Source of the DNA: Anaerolineae bacterium | Lineage (GTDB): Bacteria > Chloroflexota > Anaerolineae > Aggregatilineales > UBA2796 | Reading direction: 5' to 3' | Assembly: GCA_025055255.1 (NCBI GenBank) | Contig: JANWYI010000005.1 | Location: 38,469 to 102,468 of the forward strand | Length of the DNA: 64,000 nt | Part shown: positions 46,756 to 56,170 of the stretch, in pieces | Layout: each line of letters opens with the position of its first letter | Numbering within the stretch: position 1 is the first letter of the stretch | Made by a program: the position numbers and the translations under genes | The notes under the pieces: generated by a model | Seen by the model: the letters and a program-made list of their open reading frames with translations, nothing else | Database searches by the model: none | What the model was told of the DNA's origin: nothing

Positions 46756-46771
46756 TGATATGATCAAATCA
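46756..46771. promoter_or_regulatory. 16-bp near-perfect palindrome upstream of the SufR-like regulator
   Basis: TGATATGATCAAATCA in an AT-rich divergent promoter, 26 nt before ATG 46798. Confidence 0.4.
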
Positions 46772-46797
46772 GATGCGGTATGGTATGGGACTAGATT

Positions 46798-47460
46798 ATG
46801 CAGCAGACACGCCAACATATCTTGGAGATTTTGCGCGAGCGTGGTGAGGCAACAGTGGATGAGCTGGTCAGGGCGCTGCATGCACGTATTCAACACCAAA
46901 TCACAGGCGTCACTGTGCGCCACCATCTTGATATCTTGCGCAGCGAAGAACTCGTGACCGAGCCGAAAGTCCGACGCAGCGGCGCGCCCGGCAGACCGCA
47001 GTACGTCTATGCCCTAACTGAAAAAGGACGTGCGCAATTTCCTAACAACTACCACCATCTGATGCAACATCTTCTCCAGCAGCTGAAGGCACGCCTTGAG
47101 GCATCACAGGTCAACGTGATCTTGGAAGGCGTAGCCGATCAAATGGTGGCAGAAGCAGGCTTGTCTGAAGCGGCTTTGAGCGGCGTTCCGATGTCAGCGC
47201 GCCTTGATCATGTGGTGAGCTACTTGAACGCACATGGCTACCAAGCAAGCTGGGAAAGCACGCCTGAGGGCTACATTTTGCGCACACGCAACTGCCCGTA
47301 CCACCATCTGACAGCTGAACATCACGAGCTGTGCGCAATGGATATGCGCCTGATCAGCGGTCTGCTGGGCGTTGTGCCACGCAACTTAGGCAGAATAGCT
47401 GAGGCAGATGATAGCTGCGCATATTTGATCCCTGTGTTACAGCAAGCAACTCACGGTTGA
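46798..47460 (+). CDS. SufR-like wHTH transcriptional regulator with putative Fe-S ligands
   Basis: TVRHHLDIL, GRP..VY.LTEKG..FP..Y; C-terminal NCPY...LC..D...C. Confidence 0.8.
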   Translation: MQQTRQHILEILRERGEATVDELVRALHARIQHQITGVTVRHHLDILRSEELVTEPKVRRSGAPGRPQYVYALTEKGRAQFPNNYHHLMQHLLQQLKARLEASQVNVILEGVADQMVAEAGLSEAALSGVPMSARLDHVVSYLNAHGYQASWESTPEGYILRTRNCPYHHLTAEHHELCAMDMRLISGLLGVVPRNLGRIAEADDSCAYLIPVLQQATHG

Positions 47461-47487
47461 GCACTTGACTGTGGTAAACTTGCTGAC

Positions 47488-48645
47488 ATGCACGTCTTAA
47501 TCGCCACTGGCATTTTTCATCCTGACTCTGGCGGACCAGCAACCTACTTGCACAGTCTTTTGCCTGCTTTGCAGGAGCGCGGCTACACATTTCACGTCTT
47601 AACCTATGGCGATGCACCATGTGACGGTTACGGCTATCCTGTTGAGCGCATTTCGTTTAAGCAAGGTACGCTGCGCCGCCGATATCTCTACGCACGTCGC
47701 TACGCTGAGCTCGCCGAACAAGCTGATCTTGTCTATGTCAACATGCTTGGCTTGCCGCGCCCAAGAGTCCGCAAGCCGCTCGCGCTGAAAGTTGTCGGCG
47801 ACTACGCTTGGGAACGCGCCCTAAGCAAGCGCTGGATCGCGCCTGAGACTGATCTCGACACTTTCCAGACGCGCCTTGATTTACCGCACGTGATGTGGTA
47901 CAAAGCGCGCCGCGCGCGTGAGGCGCGTCAGGCGGACAGGGTCATTGTGCCAAGCCAACATCTGCGCCGTTTGGTGAGCGGCTGGGGCGTCTCGCCTGAG
48001 CGCATTCAGGTCATTTACAATGCCCTTGAGCCAATGTCACATCGCCCGAATCTCTCACAGATGGAGGCGCGCGCTGCGCTTGGTTGGCAGCTCAATGGAC
48101 GTTATTTACTGAGTGTTGGGCGTCTTGTTGCCCACAAAGGTGTGCAATATCTCATTCAGGCACTGGACGCTGTGCCAGACGCTCAGCTTATCGTAGCAGG
48201 TGATGGCGACTTTTTGCATCAGTGGCGCACTCTGGCTACATCAAGTAGCGTCGCAGCGCGTGTACACTTTCTAGGTAGGGTACCGCGCGCTCAAATGCCG
48301 CTCCTGATGCGAGCCGCTGACTATTTGGTACTTTACTCCAGCTGGGAAGGTCTCTCGCACACACTGTTAGAGGCGTTGCACGTCGGCACGCCTGTGATTG
48401 CCAGCGCGCGCGGCGGTAATCCTGAGGTAGTGACGCACGGCGTGAATGGTTTGCTTGTGCCACACCCTGACCTCTCTGCCTTGCGCGCTGCGCTACAGCA
48501 TGCCTTCAGCGAAGGCGTGCGTGACGCATTGGCTGCTAGGACTGCTGTTGGCTTAGAGCGCTTTGTGTGGCAAACTATGCTCGACCAAACTGATGCAGCC
48601 CTGCGCGCCTTGCTGGAAAAGACCCTTGTTCGTCCAATCGCTTGA
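47488..48645 (+). CDS. GT4 family glycosyltransferase
   Basis: IFHPDSGGPATY, VGRLVAHKG, SSWEGLSHTLLEA, GGNPEVV. Confidence 0.92.
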   Translation: MHVLIATGIFHPDSGGPATYLHSLLPALQERGYTFHVLTYGDAPCDGYGYPVERISFKQGTLRRRYLYARRYAELAEQADLVYVNMLGLPRPRVRKPLALKVVGDYAWERALSKRWIAPETDLDTFQTRLDLPHVMWYKARRAREARQADRVIVPSQHLRRLVSGWGVSPERIQVIYNALEPMSHRPNLSQMEARAALGWQLNGRYLLSVGRLVAHKGVQYLIQALDAVPDAQLIVAGDGDFLHQWRTLATSSSVAARVHFLGRVPRAQMPLLMRAADYLVLYSSWEGLSHTLLEALHVGTPVIASARGGNPEVVTHGVNGLLVPHPDLSALRAALQHAFSEGVRDALAARTAVGLERFVWQTMLDQTDAALRALLEKTLVRPIA

Positions 48646-48688
48646 CTGGCACTCTGAGCGCAACCTTTGCAGACACATAGGAAGCCTG

Positions 48689-49861
48689 ATGCACGTCTTA
48701 ATGATCGGCACTGATACGTCATTGCTGACTGGCACGATTGACAACTCATTAGTGCGCCATGAGGACTACGCGTTGCGCGCCAATGGACGGATCAGCGTTG
48801 TGCTGTGCAATCGCAGACAAGCTGATCGTCCCTTGACGCCTTACCGCTCTGAGCGCCTGTCAGTGCAGCCAACTGAGTCGCGCGGCTACATCAACTACAT
48901 CAGTGACGGCGTACGACTCGGCATGGCACGCCACGCTGAGCAGCCCATAGACCTGATCACCTCGCAAGACCCATTTCTGACGGCGCTGATCGGTCTGCGC
49001 CTGCGTGCCAAGACACGCCGTCCATTGATCGTACAAGACTTCTCATGCTTTGTGAGCAGTCCGTACTTTCTGCGCGAGCGTCCGCGCAACCGACTATTGC
49101 GCTTAATGGCGCGCTTCACTTTGCCGCGCGCTGACGCCGTGCGCGTGCTGAACAAGCGCGAACGTCTCGCCTGCATTCGGCTAGGCGTTAAGCCAAGTCG
49201 CGTGTGTGTGTCTCCGCTTGTCACTTATATTCATCCTTTCGCTGCGCCACCTAATCCTGAGCGCATGGCAGCATGGCGCCAGCAGCTGGATTTGCCTGAA
49301 GGCACGCCTGTGGTGCTCTGGGTTGGACGCCCCGTGCCATTCAAGAACTTGCCTGTGCTGTTGCAAGCCTTCAAACGCATATACAGCGCCATGCCGCAGG
49401 CGCGCTTGGTGATTGGTGGCGATATGAGCGGCACAAATATCGTCGGACAGGCAGCAGCCTACGGTCTGGGCGAGGTGACACGCTTCCCTGGCGCCATAAA
49501 GTACGATGACTTGCCGCCGCTCTACCAGCTTGCCAGTGTTTATGCGCTTTCCAGCAACTATGAAGGCTTAGGGCGCGTGCTGCTGGAAGCAGCCGCTGCG
49601 CGCTTGCCAATTGTTAGCACGGCGAACGAAGGCGCCGCTGACATCATTGCGCACGGCATCACAGGCTACTTGACGCCAATTGGCGACCCTGAGAAACTGG
49701 CAGAGGCGATTCTCGCCGTTCTACAGCATCCTGTGCGCGCGCGACAAATGGCAGAGCGCGCCTACGAATATGTCATGAACAATTTCGCACCTGAGAAGCT
49801 GACTGAGCGCTGGATCGGCATGTGGCGGCGCGTTGTGCAAGGATTGACGCCATGCGAATAG
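48689..49861 (+). CDS. GT4 family glycosyltransferase
   Basis: VGRPVPFKN, SSNYEGLGRVLLEAAA; AGGAAG RBS before ATG 48689. Confidence 0.9.
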   Translation: MHVLMIGTDTSLLTGTIDNSLVRHEDYALRANGRISVVLCNRRQADRPLTPYRSERLSVQPTESRGYINYISDGVRLGMARHAEQPIDLITSQDPFLTALIGLRLRAKTRRPLIVQDFSCFVSSPYFLRERPRNRLLRLMARFTLPRADAVRVLNKRERLACIRLGVKPSRVCVSPLVTYIHPFAAPPNPERMAAWRQQLDLPEGTPVVLWVGRPVPFKNLPVLLQAFKRIYSAMPQARLVIGGDMSGTNIVGQAAAYGLGEVTRFPGAIKYDDLPPLYQLASVYALSSNYEGLGRVLLEAAAARLPIVSTANEGAADIIAHGITGYLTPIGDPEKLAEAILAVLQHPVRARQMAERAYEYVMNNFAPEKLTERWIGMWRRVVQGLTPCE

Positions 49862-50901
49862 GCATGGTCACACAGCAAGCCGATCCATCTCATCCGCTCT
49901 TGGGCTTCACAGTTGCTTGGATTGAAGTGCTTGCGAGTCGGCTTGAGGCGCTCCACCTGGTCACGCTCTCAGCACCGCGCTGTGACTTGCCTAGCAATGT
50001 GTTTTCTGACCACATGGGCAAAGGTAGCGGCAAATTGCGCATGGTGCTACGCTACTGGGCAATTCTGCGCCGCATTCTGCCACGAATAGACGCCCTGTTC
50101 TGCCACATGGTACCGCGCTACGCATGGTTAGCAGCGCCACTGGCACGTCTACACGGCGTGCCGATTGTGCTGTGGTATGTGCATCGGCATGTTGGTGCCG
50201 AGCTGCGCGCTGCACTCACTGTGGCACGCGCTGTGGCAACAGCTGACCTGAGCAGCTTTCCACTGCGCAGTTCCAAAGTGCGCGTGCTTGGTCACGGCAT
50301 TGACGCAACGCGCTTCGCACCTGACTCATCCATGCTGCCCGATTCGCCGCCGCTGATCGTCCAAGTGGCACGCTTGACGCCAATCAAGCATCAAGAGACG
50401 TTAATCCGTGCGTCGGCAAAGCTGAATATGCCGCACCAGATCGCGCTGATCGGCGACGTGCCTGAAGGTCATGACGCGGCGTACGCTGAGCGCCTACGCC
50501 AGCTCACTGTTGCGCTCGGCATTGCTGAACGCATTCATTTCACAGGCGCTTTGCCGCAAGCCGAAGTCATAGCGTGGTATCGGCGCGCGACGCTTGCTGT
50601 CAACTTGAGTCCGCGTGGCTTGTTTGACAAAGCAGCGCTTGAAGCTATGCTGTGTGGCTTACCGACTGTGGTCAGCAACTCCGCCTTTGACAGTCTGCTA
50701 GCAGACCATGCAGAGCGCTTGCGGATCAACGCGCCTGATGATGTAGATGGTCTAGCACAGCGACTTGAGGCGCTCTTGCGAACTGACTCAGTAGAGCGCC
50801 AAGCGCTTGGCGCTGCTTTGCGCAAGCGGACACACGCTGCGCACAGTCTTGACGGCTTGGCAGATCGGCTAATGAAGCTATTCAGGGAAGTTTCAAGGTG
50901 A
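49852..50901 (+). CDS. GT4 family glycosyltransferase
   Basis: GHGIDATRF, VARLTPIKH, GLFDKAALEAMLCG; ATG 49852 overlaps the previous gene. Confidence 0.88.
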   Translation: MRIGMVTQQADPSHPLLGFTVAWIEVLASRLEALHLVTLSAPRCDLPSNVFSDHMGKGSGKLRMVLRYWAILRRILPRIDALFCHMVPRYAWLAAPLARLHGVPIVLWYVHRHVGAELRAALTVARAVATADLSSFPLRSSKVRVLGHGIDATRFAPDSSMLPDSPPLIVQVARLTPIKHQETLIRASAKLNMPHQIALIGDVPEGHDAAYAERLRQLTVALGIAERIHFTGALPQAEVIAWYRRATLAVNLSPRGLFDKAALEAMLCGLPTVVSNSAFDSLLADHAERLRINAPDDVDGLAQRLEALLRTDSVERQALGAALRKRTHAAHSLDGLADRLMKLFREVSR

Positions 50902-52079
50902 AGCTCTTCTACCTAGCGAACATTCGAATGCCGACCGAAAAAGCACATGGCTTACAAATCGTGCAAAACTGCGCTGCCTTCGCTGAGAACGGCGCGAGAG
51001 TGACGCTTTACGTGGCACGGCGCGTCAATACGCCTGAGTTGCGCGCTGTGCGCGACATCCATGCACACTACGGCGTGCCGCACAACTTCGCAGTGCAGCG
51101 CGTGCCGTGCATTGATCTTTTGCCGCTCGGTCGCGCTGAAAAATTCTTTTTCGTTGTACAGACACTCAGTTACACACTCACCTTGCTTGGCTTGATGCTC
51201 TTCAAGCGCGCTGACATTTACTACAGCCGCGACATTTTGACGCTTGTGCTGCTCAGCTTGATCAAGCCACGTCGAAAACTGGTCTACGAGGCGCACACGC
51301 TTGCTAGGTCGCGCTTGGGCAGAAAGCTACAGAAAATTTGTGCGCAGCGAGTCGGCTTGGTAGTGGCAACCACAGGACATCTAGCAGCGCGGCTGAGCGA
51401 GCAAGGCGCTGAGCGCGTAATCGTTGAACATGACGGTTTCCGCGATGAACGGTTTGCCGATTTACCTGAGCAAGAAGCAGCGCGGCGCGCGCTCAATTTG
51501 CCTGTTGAGGCGTTCATTGTCGGCTACGTTGGCAGGTTGCACACGCTGAGCATGTCCAAAGGCGTGGACACACTGATTGACGCAATCGCTGTCAGTGCGC
51601 GTCCGATCAGCCTGTGTTTAGTCGGCGGACCTGATGAGATAGCAGCGCAGCTGCGCAAACGTTGGCGCGCTCATAGCCTGCCAGAGTCAGGCTTCCTGTA
51701 TGTAGGTCAAGTTGCGCCACCTGAAGTGCCGCGCTATCTGGCTGCATTTGACGTTTGTGCGTTGCCGCTGCCGTTCACTGAGCATTTTGCGTACTACGCT
51801 TCGCCGTTGAAACTCTTTGAATACATGCGCGTCGGCAAACCAATTCTAGCTAGCGACTTGCCTGCTATTGCTGAAGTCGTGCAGCATGAAGAGACAGCGT
51901 TGCTGTGTCCATCTGAAGATGTGGTCGCCTTTGGCATGGCGCTGATGCGTCTGTACGACGATGAAGCGCTGCGCGCTCGGCTTGGCGCAGCAGCCCAAGC
52001 ACAGAGCGCGCAGTATACGTGGTCAGCGCGCGCAGCGCGCATTTTGAGCGCAGCGCGCGACTGCTGCCAGACTTATTGA
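50898..52079 (+). CDS. GT4 family glycosyltransferase
   Basis: ANIRMPTEKAHGLQI, YVGRL...KGVD, SPLKLFEYM..GKPI.ASDLP. Confidence 0.92.
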   Translation: MKLFYLANIRMPTEKAHGLQIVQNCAAFAENGARVTLYVARRVNTPELRAVRDIHAHYGVPHNFAVQRVPCIDLLPLGRAEKFFFVVQTLSYTLTLLGLMLFKRADIYYSRDILTLVLLSLIKPRRKLVYEAHTLARSRLGRKLQKICAQRVGLVVATTGHLAARLSEQGAERVIVEHDGFRDERFADLPEQEAARRALNLPVEAFIVGYVGRLHTLSMSKGVDTLIDAIAVSARPISLCLVGGPDEIAAQLRKRWRAHSLPESGFLYVGQVAPPEVPRYLAAFDVCALPLPFTEHFAYYASPLKLFEYMRVGKPILASDLPAIAEVVQHEETALLCPSEDVVAFGMALMRLYDDEALRARLGAAAQAQSAQYTWSARAARILSAARDCCQTY

Positions 52080-55000
52080 CGCACTACAAACACGGCAGCG
52101 CTGATGCGCGGTACTGTGAACGTGCCAGTGGCAGGATCAAACGTCGCCGTCTTGATCAGATCGTCGCCGCCATTTGCCTGCACAGGATGCAGCTCTAGCG
52201 CCACACCTTTCAGTGCGTCCACTGTGAAGGTGCGCGTCTCGGGTGCGCTGTTGAACAGCACCACAATAGACTGGTAGTTTGGATCGAGGTCTTCGCCAAC
52301 CATGTCTGAGAGGCTCATCACGATCAAGCCTGGAATCTGCTCAGCGCCTGTGTTGTAGAAAGTGAGACGTGCTTGCACGTCCTCTGCCGTGCGCAGACGG
52401 AAAAGCGGCGAGCTGCGCCGAATTTGCAAGAGTTCCTTGAAGCGCTCATGCGCGGCGCGCATTGCCTCAGGCGTCGGCTTCAGGCTCGGATCAGCCAACA
52501 GCGGACGCATCACGTCCCACATGTCCCGATTCTTCTCAGCCACTGGCAAGCCCTTGCCCCAGTTGGTCGTCTCAAACGTCCAGTCAATGGCGTTGAACCA
52601 GTCGCCGCTATTGTAGGAGTCGCGGTCGAGCGACTTTGAGCGCAGCATGTCGTCGCCGGCGTGGAAGAACGGCACGCCTTGTGCGAACATCACCAGTGAG
52701 AGCGCCAGAGTATTCATGCGCACGCGATCTGCCATGCTCGTGCTGCGCGGCGCCTTGTACTGGATCAGGTCAAAGACCGTCTCGTTATCGTGCTTGCTGG
52801 TGTAGGCGATGTTCTCTTGCGGATCGCGCGTGTAGCCCGTTGGCTGACCGTTGTACAGCACTTGGCGACCTGTCACCTCGCGCCCCTGTGCGTTGACGAA
52901 CTTGAAGTCGCGCAAGTTGCCTGCCAAGCCGATCCGAATATGGTCTGAGAGCAGTAACAGTCGCCGCAACTGTTCTTGAGGCGGCGTCTGGTCAACGTCA
53001 TTTGGATTGGTGAATAGACCGTTTGCAAAACCTTGTTTCTCACGGTCGCCAAACGGATTGCCGCCGCGCACAGCGTCACGAATGCGGTCGTTAAAAGTGC
53101 CAATGCCTGTGCCGCCGATGTTCAGCTGTGTGGCATTGACGCCGCGCGCGTTGTTCGCCACCTCGCCGAAGTTCCAGCCTTCGCCATAGATGTAGATGGA
53201 CTTGCCGTCCACGCCATGCTCTTCGAGCGTCAGCGCGTCAAGCGCAGCGCGCACCTTTCGCATGTTGGCGAGCATGTGATGACCCATCAGGTCAAAGCGG
53301 AAACCGTCTACTTTGTAGTGAGTTGCCCAGAAGATGACCGAGTCGATCATCAGGCGCTCCATCATGGCATGTTCGGTTGCCGTATTCGGACAGCACGTGG
53401 AAGTCTCTACGCGACCATCTTCATTCAAGCGATGGTAGTAGCCCGGCACGATCTTGTCCAGCACGCTCTTAGCATCCTGACCAGCGGCATTGGTATGGTT
53501 GTAGACCACGTCCATGACCACGCGCAAGCCAAGATTGTTGATGCCTTGCACCATCTGGCGCACTTCACGGATGCGTCCGCGTCCATCAGCATCTACGGCG
53601 TAGCTACCTTCAGGCACGTTGTAATGGAACGGATCGTAGCCCCAGTTGAAGCCGTCTTGGTCACGAGTTTCGTAAATGATCGCCTGCTGACGATCTGAGT
53701 CAGGCGGAAAGGCAGCAAGTTCCGCAAAGCTAGGATTGATCTGCTTAGCGCGGTCTTCCTCAATCGTAGCAATGTCGAAGAACGGCAAAAGGTGTACGTG
53801 CGTCAAGCCTGCCTGCTGCAGCGCTTTGAGGTGCTTCATGCCATTGGTCTCAGGATTAGTGAAGGCGAGGTATGTGCCGCGCTGCTGCTCCGGCACGCTT
53901 TGATCTATGATGCTGAAGTCGCGGATATGCAGCTCGTAGATGACGATGTCCTCTGGAGCAGCCAATGGCGGCTTTTGCAAGGTCTGCCAACCTGCAGGCA
54001 TCAGCTCAGGATCGTACATATCCACAATCTGGCTGCGCTTGCTGTTGAGCGAGAGGCTGACTGAGTACGGATCAGTGACCAAGTTGCGCTCAATGCGGCG
54101 CGTGCTTGGCACATAGACCTCGACTTCATAGAGGTAGTACTTGTTCAGCCAGTCACCTTCGCCTAGGTACGTCCAAACGCCCTGCGCCGCGTCATATTCC
54201 ATCGGATAGGTCTTGCTGGTCGTCTCAGGCTTGCTGTCATCGAAGATGTGCAGCGTGACAGAGCGCGCTGTTGGCGCCCAGAGCGCGAAGAACGGCAACC
54301 CGCTATCTGACACGGTTACGCCAAGCGTGCCGCTGTAAGTGTACAGATCGTCAAGCACGCCGGGAATTTGCACACTTGTGGCGTCCAGCAGCGCGCCTTC
54401 CGCGTCCGTGACTGAAAGCGCGATCTGACCTTTGAGAATCTGTGGCACTTGTGGCAGGATTTCAGACGGCAACTGCAATGAATAGCTGTTGTTCAAATGC
54501 GGGAATTTGCGCGTGACCTTTGAGTCAACGCCGATCACGTACTTCAGCGGCACTGACTCGCCGCCGACAACACGGTTTTCCTCGATGCGAATGCCGCCTT
54601 CAGGTGCATAGTGCAAGCGGAAGACGCTGCGGCGCGGATCGGGCGCTTTGGCGTTCCAGACGAACAGGTCGCGCAGCACCCAGTGCGCACGCGCCGTGTT
54701 CAAATCGCCTTTCGGTGCGCCTGCCACCTCTATGCTCATCACTTTGGTCTCTGAGTCCCAGATGAAGGCGATCTCCTTGCCAATGGACGTAAAGCCGATG
54801 TTCGCGCCGTCTCGTGCGCCGCGCGCGCCATAGTTGAGCGCCCAGCTCAGGTTCAGCGCAACCTTCGCCTCAAATGCGCCTTCAGGAATGTCACTGGTGA
54901 CGTACACATACTTGCCGTCGCCGTCTGGGTCTTGCAACAGAGTGCGCAAACAGCTCGGCATCCAATCGTTCGGACAGCCGATCTCGCTCTGGAAGCTGCC

Positions 55001-55420
55001 CGGGACGTTAGCGAGGATTGCGTTGACGTTATCTGCAATCCAGTTGGTCTTGCGACTATAGAAGAAAGTGACCTCGCGCGCTTGTGGCAGGCTCAGCTTA
55101 ATGTTAGCGCCGTTGCGCTCTGCTTTAGCGCCGTAGTTCTCATCCCAACTGCCATTCAGCGCGACCTTGTACTCATACTCGCCTGCCTCTAGCTTGAATG
55201 TGGCGATCCAAATGTCGCTGACAGGGTCGTACTTCAGCGCTGTGGCGTCACAGTCAGGTTGCCAGTTACCAGAGCAGCCGAGCTGCGCTTGGAATGTGCC
55301 CGGCACTACCACCTTCTGAGGCTGTTCTTGCGCTAGAGCGCGCGAATTTGATGGCACAGCGCCGAGTATTAGCGCGATCAGGCTTAGTATCAGGAAAAAA
55401 CGGCTTAAAACTTTAGGCAT
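52073..55420 (-). CDS. pulA: Secreted pullulanase-type alpha-1,6-glucosidase (GH13) with two N-terminal carbohydrate-binding-like repeats
   Basis: Signal peptide; two PGxFQ...GC..W.P.C repeats; NWGYDPFHY, DVVYNH, DGFRFDLMG, YGEGWN, HDNET; catalytic D/E/D intact. Confidence 0.93.
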   Translation of the reverse strand: MPKVLSRFFLILSLIALILGAVPSNSRALAQEQPQKVVVPGTFQAQLGCSGNWQPDCDATALKYDPVSDIWIATFKLEAGEYEYKVALNGSWDENYGAKAERNGANIKLSLPQAREVTFFYSRKTNWIADNVNAILANVPGSFQSEIGCPNDWMPSCLRTLLQDPDGDGKYVYVTSDIPEGAFEAKVALNLSWALNYGARGARDGANIGFTSIGKEIAFIWDSETKVMSIEVAGAPKGDLNTARAHWVLRDLFVWNAKAPDPRRSVFRLHYAPEGGIRIEENRVVGGESVPLKYVIGVDSKVTRKFPHLNNSYSLQLPSEILPQVPQILKGQIALSVTDAEGALLDATSVQIPGVLDDLYTYSGTLGVTVSDSGLPFFALWAPTARSVTLHIFDDSKPETTSKTYPMEYDAAQGVWTYLGEGDWLNKYYLYEVEVYVPSTRRIERNLVTDPYSVSLSLNSKRSQIVDMYDPELMPAGWQTLQKPPLAAPEDIVIYELHIRDFSIIDQSVPEQQRGTYLAFTNPETNGMKHLKALQQAGLTHVHLLPFFDIATIEEDRAKQINPSFAELAAFPPDSDRQQAIIYETRDQDGFNWGYDPFHYNVPEGSYAVDADGRGRIREVRQMVQGINNLGLRVVMDVVYNHTNAAGQDAKSVLDKIVPGYYHRLNEDGRVETSTCCPNTATEHAMMERLMIDSVIFWATHYKVDGFRFDLMGHHMLANMRKVRAALDALTLEEHGVDGKSIYIYGEGWNFGEVANNARGVNATQLNIGGTGIGTFNDRIRDAVRGGNPFGDREKQGFANGLFTNPNDVDQTPPQEQLRRLLLLSDHIRIGLAGNLRDFKFVNAQGREVTGRQVLYNGQPTGYTRDPQENIAYTSKHDNETVFDLIQYKAPRSTSMADRVRMNTLALSLVMFAQGVPFFHAGDDMLRSKSLDRDSYNSGDWFNAIDWTFETTNWGKGLPVAEKNRDMWDVMRPLLADPSLKPTPEAMRAAHERFKELLQIRRSSPLFRLRTAEDVQARLTFYNTGAEQIPGLIVMSLSDMVGEDLDPNYQSIVVLFNSAPETRTFTVDALKGVALELHPVQANGGDDLIKTATFDPATGTFTVPRISAAVFVVRQ

Positions 55421-55456
55421 TGCACTTGCTCCACATGAGAGACATTTGCAATGCCT
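55415..55456 (-). promoter_or_regulatory. Hairpin sequestering the pullulanase SD and start codon
   Basis: Minus strand AGGCATTGCA-AATGT-CTCT-CATGT-GGAG-CAAG-TGCAATGCCT: the 10-bp outer stem covers the ATG and the inner stem pairs the GGAG. Confidence 0.5.
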
Positions 55457-55518
55457 GATTTTCCACAGAGCGCGCAGATTTTCAACACTTCAGGCGCGCC
55501 CTGTGCATCTCGACCTAG

Positions 55519-56118
55519 TCAGTTGCTCTGGGTCGCCGCCGATGTTGGTTCAACCTCAGTTGGCACAGGTGTAACGGTCGGCGGCATGGCGCGCGGACGC
55601 AAGCCTAACACAACTCTAATCTCTAGCTCCTGCTCGCCGCGCTTGACCACAAAAACGACACTCTGACCAGCTGTGCGGCTGATGATGTAGTTGCGCAGCG
55701 CCATTACGTTGCGGCGCGGCACGCCATCAGCCGCCACAATCACATCGCCTAGCTGAAAGCCTGCTCGATCAGCAGGCGAGCCGCTGATGATCTCGATCAC
55801 ACGACTGCCACAGTTAGCTACATCCTCAGCAGCAATGCCCAGATAGGCAGGTGCGAACTCAGCGCGCGTATCGAAGGTCGGCGTGGCAGAGAGCGTGCCA
55901 GTTGGCGTCGGCGTCTCGGTCGGCTCCACGATTTCAGCGCCGTCCAAAGGTGGACAAGGCGGGAATTTGGTCACCTGTGCTTCAGGCGTGGCTTCTGCAG
56001 TTGCCTCTTCTGTTTGAGCAGGCTGTGCTTGCGCTCTGAGAGAGATATTCAGCGCAGCGCCAATCAGCACGACTACGAGCAATGCAGCACACAAGCGCAG
56101 TGCAGTGCGTGAGAGCAT
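55519..56118 (-). CDS. Secreted single-PDZ-domain protein (no protease domain)
   Basis: Signal peptide, Pro/Thr/Glu-rich linkers, PDZ (YLGI...VIEIISGSPADRAG.Q.GDVI.A.DG); GGAG RBS before ATG 56118. Confidence 0.85.
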   Translation of the reverse strand: MLSRTALRLCAALLVVVLIGAALNISLRAQAQPAQTEEATAEATPEAQVTKFPPCPPLDGAEIVEPTETPTPTGTLSATPTFDTRAEFAPAYLGIAAEDVANCGSRVIEIISGSPADRAGFQLGDVIVAADGVPRRNVMALRNYIISRTAGQSVVFVVKRGEQELEIRVVLGLRPRAMPPTVTPVPTEVEPTSAATQSN

Positions 56119-56170
56119 GACATTTCTCCAGTCAGTTTTCGGATGAACGATACACGCAGATTGTAGCACG

